NCBI RefSeq assembly: GCF_021869535.1
Contig: NW_026262690.1
Location: 24,366,001 to 24,430,000 of the forward strand
Reading direction: 5' to 3'
DNA length: 64,000 nt
DNA from: Mytilus californianus
Lineage: Eukaryota
The position numbers and the translations under genes are program-made. Below the pieces are notes generated by a model. The model was not told the origin of the DNA, made no database searches, and was given only the letters and a program-made list of their open reading frames with translations. Positions 12,401 to 24,400 of the stretch are shown piece after piece (the stretch's first letter is position 1; every line of letters starts with the position of its first letter).

Positions 12401-15400
12401 CTGAGTTATCCAGCAGCGGTTGTTTTTTATGATCGAGTTTCACCGGTTGACCCGAGTTCAGTCGGCGTTAATGACGTCATTGAAAAATCAGTACTTGATG
12501 TGATGTAATAACATAAGCACTGTGACATAAGAAATGCATGAAAAATGCACGAATTTGAAGTTGTTTATTCAGGAGACCTTATTGCTATTTGGGGATCTGC
12601 AACACTTCAATGACTTGACCTGAGAATTTGCAACACTTGAACTAGTATTGATGTCATACAACAATCACTTTTCCTTTAATTTGTGGCGTCAGACATTTAA
12701 TCTTGTCCCGTCAAAATTTGATGGGAGCTTTTGTGATGTCCAGAAATGTCAGACAAATAGCGCGATACTAAAGGTGTATTCTAGCACGTGTGGTTCTATA
12801 AGTCCAATTTTGATTTTGGGCGGTGTTCTCAAGGACTCCCTGATAACTCAGCCCATAACAATCTCATACTCATAACAAAATCAGCTTCACAAACTCTGAC
12901 TACCATGACTATAAGAAGAGTATAAGTATGAAAAACAATGTTATTTGCTTTATTTCAAATTAATTATCAATACTTTATTTTAGATTAAATATATATGTGT
13001 TAGAATGATTAAAAAAATTATTTGAACAAATATCACAAGCAAGAAAGATCAATTACGTTAACAAGATATAAAAAGAAGAGTAAGACTAATTTCAATTAAT
13101 TATGAAAAATAACCACTAATTTGTCTTTTCTATCTGCTAAATTTTTTCTTTCCTTTTATTGAATATTTATGAGATATTTATGTTACATGTATATGTATTT
13201 TGAAACTCACAAACTGTTTAACATGTGACTGATATTTCTGATGTTTATTATATCTATCTTTGTTTTTTTGTTCAAGCTATATAACTTGAAAATTGTAAAT
13301 TAATGCATTCTATGCTGATGAACTGTCTTTTTCAAAGTAATAAAGAATTGGCTTACTTGATTGAACTGGACCTATGATGACATACTGCCACATGTATTGT
13401 TGACACCTTTTTAATCACCTTTAAACTAATAATTGGCATGTGCACTGTTGACACCTTTTCAATGGTTCACCCACCCATAAAACTAAGTAAGAACATAACT
13501 ACCTGTAATTTCATGTACATGACATTGTAATTAACCAAATACACAATGACTTCACAGTAGCAGCTTGGATTGCTATGTGTGTTACTGATGTTTATTATGC
13601 ATTCCTGTACTTTTTCGTAAATGTATAGCAAGGATTTGTTTGTCTTCACATAACCTTTGTATTGAAACTGGACGTTATGTTGGTACTATTAGAAATGAAA
13701 GAAATTGTATTTTTTTGTGATTTAAGAGTAATAGAGGATGAAATGAATACTATGTAGCAGATATACTGGTTTGCGTAAAAAATATAAAAATATTACTGGT
13801 CTAGGCAATCAATTCTTAAGTTAATAGAATTATTGTCTGGTGAAAACACAAAATAGCTTTGTAACTTAGGAAAATATATACATTTCTCTTTTAAATTAAG
13901 AAACAGTTTATTGTAAAGATATTTTGTAATTATGAAACTTCTGACGCCACCTATTGTTATTTTTGCATATTGTTAATATTGTTTGTAATATGCCATATGT
14001 ATACACTCACTGTATTTAAATACACAGGTGAGCCGTATTGCTCAAAGTTAATAAAGAATTTGAAATGTCCTTTTTTGAAATTTGATTACAAATCTTATTG
14101 TAAATTTAATCATATCTCAGCCTTGTCTGCCAGCCAGCAAGAAGAGAATTAGATTAGATTCTGCTATATATATGTAGGACTCTAAAGTGCGATGGGGACG
14201 CCAAAACGTGATGGTCACGCTAAAGTGCGATGGTCTACGCTAAAGTGCGATGGTTTGATACGCTAAAGTATGATGGTCTGTGTTATTAAATGAAACACGC
14301 TAAAGTCCGATGGCTCAATACGCTAAAGTGCGTTTTCCCGACAACAATGGAAATCAACAAAAAAGAAAAAGTGGATTACCTTGATAGTGACGATGTGTAT
14401 GAAACACTTTGAAAACCATATTTTTCAGTAGTTCGGTAAAATTAATTGATAAAGTAATATAAACTTATTGTTGCTTGTTGAACGTATAGTGGCAAATATC
14501 ACATGCATATATACAGGACAATCATATGCATGATCATTTGATAATTTATTCTGAAATAATTTTAGTATTTCTACTAATCATGTTAAGGTTACAAAATATA
14601 ATTTAACTTAAGAGGAAAAGGAGATTCTAGAGATGGTTGAAATTTAATTTAGCAGCTTCTTCTATGTTTGTAATCAGATGTTATGAACTTGTGTGAAATA
14701 AAATCTTCTTTATACTTTCTAATGGAATCATCCTATAAAACATTTTTTTACAATATGGTTCGTTATTTCTGTTAAAGATATGGATATACGTCAACTAGAC
14801 AATACATAACGACCAGATAGACCAAATGTCATTAATGTAAGCAACTATAGGTTACCACATGGCGTTTAACGCAGAACATTGGCTATATCACCGCATAATA
14901 TTCTAACTTGAACGTATATACTAGCAACTGCAATGTCACCATTACACTTTTTTGACAACTATCGTACTTTGAAAAAAAAAAAAAAATAAGACACAAATAT
15001 ACCCAAGACCAAATGTCGTTGATATATGCAACTAATAACTACGGCCTTTAACGTGGAGCCTTAGCCTACGCCGCATAGCAATTTATATATTATATATACA
15101 TAGGGCCACACAATGTCCATTGTAAAACAAATAAGAAGACAAAGACAACGGCTTGATTAATAAATATAACAATAAACTACAATAATAGGAACACATAAAC
15201 AAACGAAAACCATTGCATGAACCCTATTCCTGTTACACCATCGCACTTTAGCGTGCTATACCATCGCAGTTTAGCGTGTCATACCATCGCACTTTAGCGT
15301 TTGACACCATCGCACTTTAGCGTATACCATCGCACTTTAGCTTGACCATCGCACTTTAGAGTACCATCGCACATTAGAGTCCTACATATATATATATATA

Positions 15401-18400
15401 TAGCACATTTAAAACACAAAGCCATATTTAAAATACAACAAGAAAATCTAAAACACAATGCCATATTTAAAAGTCAACAAGAAAATCTAAAACACACAAG
15501 CATTGTCTGCATATAACAATTGAAATAAATTTACATACATTTATAACACTGAATTTTTTTATTCACACATAATTGTAGACTTAAGTAACCAATCTGATTT
15601 ACATTCAGATCTATCTTAACTCGCGTGCTCGTACATGTATATATAAAAGCTAATATATATGAGGATAATGAAATCAGAGATCTGTATTTTAATTAGATTG
15701 TTAAGTAACTGTTTGATGTGACCATTGAAATATAATTCCTCATTTTCCTAAAAACGAGAAATTCACAACTGAATATCAAATAGAAGTTAATCATTCTTTA
15801 TTTAAAGTATTATGTTTAAACTTATATTTCAACTAAACTTCATCTACATGTAATATAACACATATATATTTAACGATATCTTATGGATTCCCTGATTTTA
15901 TTTTAATACATTTTTATATATTTTTTTAAAAATATTTATTATTATCTAGTATATAAAGTTGTTATAAATTAAGTTAAATATACATAATTAGAAAGAAACA
16001 GTGATAAAGGCTATCTACAAATCATAGGCCGAGTTTGTTCACCCAAATTCTTTATATAAATATTGGTAGGCAGAGTTTGTTATAGTCCAATTAGGGTGCA
16101 AAATTAAACTTTAATTGATTTCAATATGCTGAATATAATAATGTATTTAGACTTTGAATTTTGGGCCCATTTTTCAAATTGGTCCACATCAGCTGGGTCC
16201 AAAGGGTCCAAATTTAAATTTTGTTTTATTTCAACAAAAATTGATGGTTACTTTTTCGTTTTTCTTAGGTGTCTTTAGATTAAGTGTAAACAATGGTAAA
16301 GTACTTTGAAATTTTTGTTCCTCATGCAAATTTCCATGTATAATTTTAAATTTGATTTAGTTCCATAAGGAACTTTCAAAATTAATTAAAAACAGATGTG
16401 GTGGCCTTTCACTTACTGCTGAACCCACCATTGCTGAAAAAAAAAAGTAAAATTTTGTTAATTCCAACTTAAATGAAGTTTTACACATACATAGTAGTTA
16501 AAATTGTACATTAATACTTTTTAGGTATGTTCAGAAGAATTCATTGAAAGATGCTCTGGAGAAGTTTTCTGTAAGTAATAAATTTTGGATTATTTATTTT
16601 CAATGTTAAGTCAAACTTGTATTCTAATATATATGTATTCTATTAATATTAATTGCTGTGATATAGCCTTTTTGCTCTGATGCAGCGTAAAGCACACATC
16701 AATCAATCATATTAATACTACAAAAATGTAGCTATCAGGCCCAACCATCTTTGGAAGTCACCCTATAGTGTGTCTGTGTTTTCAACACTTCCTGTTTGCT
16801 CTATACTCCATTGAGTTAATAGATGATATTATTTATGAGTATTTACAAGTCTGCACCAAAATCTTTTCCAACTATAGTTGGAAGACAAATATTTCGATAT
16901 TTTTCTTGCATGTCTAAACAAAAATCTGCAAATACTTACTAGTCAGAATAAAATTTAAAAGGGGCACCAGACTAGTGGCTAACGGTGCAGACTGCTGAAC
17001 TTCAAGAAGGTTTATAATGAAATTGATTTGAATCTCTTGCCTGATGTTCAAAGTCACATAATTAGTTTAAAGTAGCTTTCCTTACAATGCCTCATATCCA
17101 GATTCATAAACTTTATATACCTCAAGGAGTGAGGTAATGATGCATGAGCTTGGTATGAGTGTTCACCATTACCAGAACAAGTGTTGTGAAAAAGATTTTA
17201 ATTGCGAGCTCAGTAATGACTGTCAGACATGTCATTAGAATATTTCATAATAACCATACATTTGTGAATTTATAATTAACATGTAAAATTTCATCAAAAT
17301 AAAACCTTAAATTATGTTTTGACAATGTTTTAAAAATATGTGTTTTTATATGAAATAAAAAGAGAATTTGGAATAGGTGAAACATTTTTGACCTAAGACT
17401 GTATATTAAGTACTCAATCTTCCTTGAATAGGGAGAAACTGTCAACAGCCATGACAGCATAAGTGATCAACAAGACAAGATCTACATGTACAAATAGGAC
17501 AAAGCTGATAAAGACCACTTCTTATAAAAGTTATTTAATTGCCCTTGAATTGTGATTTTACCCTTTGTTGGGTCTTGGGTAAAAACAATAGAGAACAGAG
17601 ATAAACTGAAAATAAAAAAAAATTACCATCAATACAAGATCAACAAAAAAGATATTTTTATTCAGAATTATATATTCTGGTTTCAATTTTGGAGATGGAC
17701 ATAAATCAAGGTGAGCGACACAGGTTCTTTATTATTATTAATGTTTTATAGGAATGTGTAACAGACTCTGAAGAAAGTGCAGATGAAGTTGACAGTGGCA
17801 TATTAAACAATTTAAAATCTGTTGACGAGGAGGAAAAATGGATGACTGTCCATAGTGACAAATTTAAAATATCTAAATTAGATGAGTTGGATGGAACAGC
17901 AGAAAAATGGACTACCATCAGAAATCAGCCAGATAAGTCTGACCAGTCAGATGATTCTGATGACAAAGTTGTTATTCCTAACAGACCTGAACGAGCGGAT
18001 TCTATTCTAGAAGAGGAGGCAAGGTTAAAAGAAATCAGAAGAATTCAAGAGGACAGGTACATGTATTTGCAATATCTTCTTTTTTTTTAGATTCAAGGAG
18101 AAGATACAAATTACTTAGGAAGAAATGAAGCATTGATGATAAATAACTGATGATATATATATAAGAAGAAGTGGTATGATTGCCAATGAGACAACTCTCC
18201 ACCAAAGACCAAATGAGGTAGAGGCTAGCAACTATAGGTCACTGTACACAGCCTTAAACAATGAAGAATGCCCATACCGCATAACAAGCTATAAAAAATC
18301 CCAATATGACAAATGTAAATCAATTCAAACGAAAAAACTTAGGACTTGAATTATGAACAAAACAAAGAAAATTAAAACAAATATGATATACAGCAACAAA

Positions 18401-21400
18401 CGACAACCACTGAATAACAGGCTCCTGACTTTGGACAGGGACATACAGAATGTGGTAGGGTTAACATGTTTGCGGGCGAACCAACCATCCCCTAACCAGG
18501 GACGGTGATGTAACAGCTTAACTTAAGAACAAACGGTAAAAATCAGTTGAAAAGGGCTTAACTGTTCAGATCGATACAACGCCAAATAACAATTCACACA
18601 AGTTCACATCTGAGAGTACTTGCAGTTACTGAAAACTAGTTCAAAGCCGATAACAACTCATAAGAAAATTGTGTATCTGAGACCGATTACCAGGTAGTTA
18701 TTTTTGATAGTTGTAATATAGTTATGTGGCCACTGAAAATGTTAAGTAGTTACCTATAACCTCTGGTACTTTTTGAACTATTTGAACCAAATAAGCCGTG
18801 TTCATTCATAGAGAGTTTACTTTACAAATTATATGGGAATATACATGTACAAAGGAAATAAAAGAATTAATTTGGTTTCCCTAAAAGATTAATTATGAAA
18901 ATTTTGTTTACAGTGCAAAATCTGGTGTGAAGATGTAAGATTCTACAAAACACATTTCTCAACAAACAAAATAATTCCTTTTATAATTACTGAAATTTAA
19001 TCCTTGATATTAATATGTATCACCTTCAATATTCAAAGCATGAAACTTGTAGGCAATTCCTTTTACATGTTTTCCTTAGACAATTATAAGAAAGAAATTT
19101 ACCTGAAGTTAGCTTGTCAATCTCATAGGAAGCATTACATGTAAATGTTGCTTGATATTTTTGGAAAAATTGAAAAAGATTATTTTATTCACATTATGTT
19201 TTTGGTCACATGCACTGGAAGTAATTCATCAAAAATAACTGTGTTTTATTTGATAATTTGAAAAATTAAAGGAAAAAATATGAATTGATGTTAAAAATCA
19301 TATTGAATTTAACTGAATTTTAAGTGATATAAATTCATGCATTTTCTTGGTATATATTTTGTAAGTTTATTTGACATCAAATTCATCTCAATTAGGACAT
19401 TTTCTAATGAAATTATTATGAAGGAAGTTTTTCTGTATAACTCAATATCTTATATTTTCATAATATGTATAATTGCACTTGACATGAACACATACGGTAC
19501 GTACAGTTATCATTTGTCTTTTTCTAGGTTCTTTTATACAAACATGTATATAATGTTTTGCAACTTGGCAAAAATCTTGATTGCATATTTTGAGACATGA
19601 TTTAGTGAGTAAATGTGATCTATATTTCTTGCATGAATTGATTGATATAACTTTGGTTAAGCTTTGTGTTCAGATCCTTTTCTCAGAAAGTTACACTGAT
19701 ATTGTTAAGTGTCTGGTCTCAAAATATTTCTTTTGACGGTCAAATTTGGAGTATCATTGTCCAGGCCTTAGAGGAACATTCTTTTGTTTACATTTTTTTG
19801 GAGCCTACAACATTTTGTTGTGCAGGCCAGATATAACGATCCTATATTCAGGCGTCGGCAGCATCAACATTTAAGTTCAGTCTGTGATTAAAGTTTTTTT
19901 TTAAGTCAAAAACTTTGACAAACCTTCATGGAATTGTATGAAACTTGAACAGAAGCTTTTTTTATGTTCAAAAGACAGTATTTAGAGCAAAATATCGAAA
20001 CAATTTTTTTTTCTTTTCTGTGACTGGCTGAAACTTGGACAGAAGCTTTTTTTATGATCAAAATTTAGGCAGTGTCCAGAGCAAACTTTTGATATTTTTT
20101 TTAATTTTTCTGTATTTTACTGATAAAAGGACTTTTTTTTGCAGTTAACATTTACATGTAGATACAGTCTTGGGTTAAAGTTTTTAGTCCCCTATCGACG
20201 AAGTCGAAGGGGACTTTAGGTTTGCACTCTGTCCGTCTGTCTGTCCGTCCATCTGTCCATCCGTCAAATCAGCTTTCCACACTTTTTTTCTTCGTTCTTG
20301 AAGATGTTGATTTGATATTTGGTTTATAGTTTTGCCATGAAAAGTTATAGATCAAGTTCGAATTTTGTTCTGGTCAGATGATTTAGTCCAGAGTTATGGA
20401 CCATAACTCTGGACCATATCTAATGTTGGAGTACTATGTTAAACCATATTTCTGTACAAAGGGAGATAACTCATTTTTTAAAAGACATTCTTTGGTAAAT
20501 TATTTGAAGAATTTTTTGGCAGGTTGTTTGTTATTTTGTTTAAACTAATTTTCTGAATGCTATATATATATAAAAAAAATTATGAAGTGAAATCCTTTAA
20601 TTAGATAATAATCTATTTTTATTAATGAATATATTACATTACATTGTGTAGATAAAAATTGTTGACATTTTATAGATAAGTTACAAATCTATATTAGTTT
20701 GTGACAAATAACAGAAAAAATATTTGGAACTATTCATTATATTTGATTATAATCTGAAAATAGATATACACTGTATTACATCATATCATATCTAATTTTA
20801 GAGAATTATTAATCATATTAAATGTTAAAGTGTTTTCCACACTTTTTTTCATCATGCTTGAAGATATTGATTGATAATTGGTATATAGTTTAATCATGAC
20901 AAGTTATACAGATCAAGTTCGAAATTTTGTTTCGGTCTGATAATTTTGTGCAGAGTTATGGTCCTTGGACTTGAAAATTCACTCATTTAATCAGTTTTCC
21001 ACACTGTTTTTAGTCACACTTGAAGATATTGACTTGATATTTTCTTTTTGTTTACACCATGACAAGTTAGAGAACAAGTTAGCTTTTTGTTCCAGTATAA
21101 TTAATTTTTGCCCGGTAGGGGACTATGTATTGCCATGCAATACTCTCAGAATGCTTGTTTTTTAAAACAATAAATTTGTTAAAACTCCATAGAATTTATG
21201 GCACTTTGCCTGAAGCCTCTTTTATCAGTCAGGGGTACTACTTGTACAAGTAATCTTTATTTACTTGAAGAAGTAAAAAAAAATATACTTATATAAGTTT
21301 ATTATAATGTTTGAATAATCTCCCCTTAATTTTCTCAAAAATTCACTTGTATAAGTAAATTTTTTTTACAATCCCACAAAAATTCTCCAGTTTTGAGATG

Positions 21401-24400
21401 TAAAAACATGCCTTTAATGATTTTTCCCAGGTTAGCTCATAATTTTTTATTAGAGTTCAATGTTTCATCTCATTAATTCAACAAAGAAACTGATTGGGCT
21501 GCGCAAGGCCTTCAAAAATTGCTCCTTGGGGGCTTGTAAATGAGCAGTGTTCTGAAGATAACAGACAAATGAGATTTTCATTGTCCATGAAATTACACTT
21601 AAATGATAAGTTAAGACATCTGCAAAGGACAGACAATTTAAAATTCTATTAGAGCAAAGAAGTCCTAAGAATTCAAGAAAAGAAGATAGGATGACTTTTT
21701 CACTTATATAAGTAAAAAAATCTGAATGTCTAAGGGACATAACTAAGTCAATTTTTTTTACCTTTACAAGTAAATTAAATACACTTGTATAAGTATCTTA
21801 CAAATTTACTTATATGAGTATATTAATATTACTTCTTCAAGTAAATAAAAATTACTTGTACAAGTAGTACCCCTGACTGTTTATGATTGATAATGATGGT
21901 TTATTTAAAATTTTGAAATATTTTTTTAATTTTTCAGTATTTACTGATTAAAGTACTTTTTTTTTTTTTTTTGCCAAAATCAGGCAAGACACATGGTTCC
22001 ACCCCAGGGTTCTACAAAACCCTTTAAGAAATTTTTCAAACTTAAAGCTAAAAAAAATGTTAGAAAATGTTTTTGCATTTAGCAGTGAACATACCACTAT
22101 TACTTGACAGCAACAATAGTAGGTGAGAAATGGTTTCCGTGGATTTTAGCATATTTGGTGTAACTACATGATTTTGAAGATTCACAAAAATGTATCTATT
22201 CCTGCATTTTAGGAACATATTCCAACAAATTTTGCTTGAATTTACTACTTCAGATTACTGCATTTTTTAACCTTAAATTTTTTTTATATTAACATATAAT
22301 TAAATATGCATTAATTCTCATATGTTGTTTGGGAAACAGTCTGCAAATTTAAACTGGCCATTAGATTTGTAATAATTTTTCCAAAATGATTATTTTGACA
22401 AATTTCTGTATGAATTTTCTTGTATAATAATATTTTCAAGATTACCTTACAAAATGATATAATTTGGAGACATTCTTTCTTTTCATTGAACTCTATAACA
22501 TTACAGTATAAGTTATATTTTTAGGAGGAAAAAAGAAGATGCAGAATTCCAAAATCAACTGGAAGAACTTAAAAGGAAGAAAAGAGAAAAGGAAATGGTA
22601 AATTGAAATGAAAAAGGGTTTGGGTGGAGCTATGTTGCTAGATTGGGTGGAGCTATGTTGCTAGATTGGGACTTCTTTTTAGGCTGTCAAGTATATGACT
22701 GGATAGGGGAAATGGTAGAAAGGGCATTTTTCTTGATTATCAACAGGTTTAATACTGGATGATAGGTGGGGTTTTAATTTGCATGAATGTCGATAGTTAA
22801 GAGGTGATAGATATTTTAGCTGCATGTCAGTACCTAACTTTTGTGCTAAATTACTCTTTTTTTTTTCTTGAATTTGTTTTTTAATCCTAATTCAGCAGTC
22901 AAATTACATTTAGTTAAAATCAGCTTAAAAACATGGTAGCCGCTTTTCCAAATAAAAATTTAATTTTAAAACACAAAATACCATATGATATGCATGTTTA
23001 ACTTCAGAGATATAAAATCAATTTTGATCTGCTAGACATGTATTCACATTTTCCAAATAGAACATATTTTTATAAATCAAGGTCTTTAGTTGCATTCAAA
23101 ACTTTAATACTGCAAATTTAGAAATTTGTGTTTGCATTTATTGTTGCTACTTTTGAACAATGGACAAAAATGCTTGATGAATAACTGCGATTTCAGAAAA
23201 TTTTGTATGCAGTGCTATCAAATAATAAAAAGCTAGTTGTCTCGCTTGCCACAAAAGTCGCGGAAAGCGAAACATAGGGATTTCTTTTCCTTGACGACAT
23301 CAACACTTGTAAAGTTTTCTGCGGAAGATATGCAAGACTTTTTTATGCCCCCGCCGTAGCGGTGGATCATTAAGTTTTACCCTTGTCCATCTGTACGTAC
23401 GTACATACGTCCCAAAATTGGTTTCCGTTCTCTAGCTTGAGTTTGTCTCAACCAAATGTTATTAAACTTACACACAATGCTAATTACCAGAAAACACAGA
23501 TCAGGTTTGAATTTTGGCGGTGTCACTTTATCAGTTCTAGAGTTATGCCCCTTTATAAATGGAAAAATTGCAAAATTTTTAATTTCCGTTCTCTAACTTA
23601 AGTTTGCCTCAACCAAATGTTATCAAACTTATACACAATGCTTATTACCACAAAACACGGATCAAGTTTGAATTTTGGTGGCGTCACTTTAACCGTTCTA
23701 GAGTTATGCCCTTTATAAATGGAAAAATTGCAAAATGTTTAGTTTCCGTTCTCTAACTTAAGTTTGCCTCAACCAAATGTTATGAAACTTATACACAATG
23801 CTAATTACCACAAAACACAGATCAAGTTTGAATTTTGGTGGCGTCACTTTAACCATTCTAGTTTTATTTGACTGTATTTTTTTTCAGATTGAGGAAAAGA
23901 GGAGGAAGGAAAATGAAAAACGCAGAAGGAAATTAGAACAAATGAGACGGCGAGTTTCTGATGGAAGTGACCACATTCTGGTTGATTCCAAAGAGGACAG
24001 TGACTCAGATGTGTCACAAGAATCAGCAAAGGATCCAGTGTCTATCAAATTAACAGTTTACACAGAAAATATTAATGTATCCATTCCAGATATAAACAGT
24101 GCTAATCTAGTCTCCAATTTGTGTGAAGCAGGACGACCAACAACCTTGCAAGCAAACATTACCATTCCAGACACTAAGACCAGTAGGTCCAGTTCAATGA
24201 GAGGGGATTCAAATAGACAAGACAGACCTTTATTGCACGCAAATTTAGTGGTTCAAGATCCTCTACGCAGTCGGTCAAATTCTTCCATAAATTCTTCAGC
24301 AAGTGAAGGACCAGTAGTTACGAGTCGATGTATTCCAGAATCAGATACCATTGTTAATGAAGTTATAGTAGCTTCAAATGAACCAGATATTATTAGAATT

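Larger units (their letters stand above)
9575..12411. mobile_element. MULE-related TIR element, copy A, with terminal arrays of ATAACAAACTCGGCCT-like subrepeats
   Basis: Left arm 9575-9665 and right arm 12290-12411 are inverted. Contains a MULE transposase C-terminal fragment. No clear TSD. Confidence 0.6.

Noticed and set aside
17690-17751. Extra small exon ending at CAAG|GTGAGC upstream of exon 3
   Set aside because: It would need a 41-nt intron, which is too short, and is not needed for frame.
23798-23887. N-terminal extension of the 240-aa ORF ([15 protein letters not shown]...)
   Set aside because: It is HINE sequence; the same peptide appears in ORF 42536. The real exon starts at the AG acceptor, position 23888.
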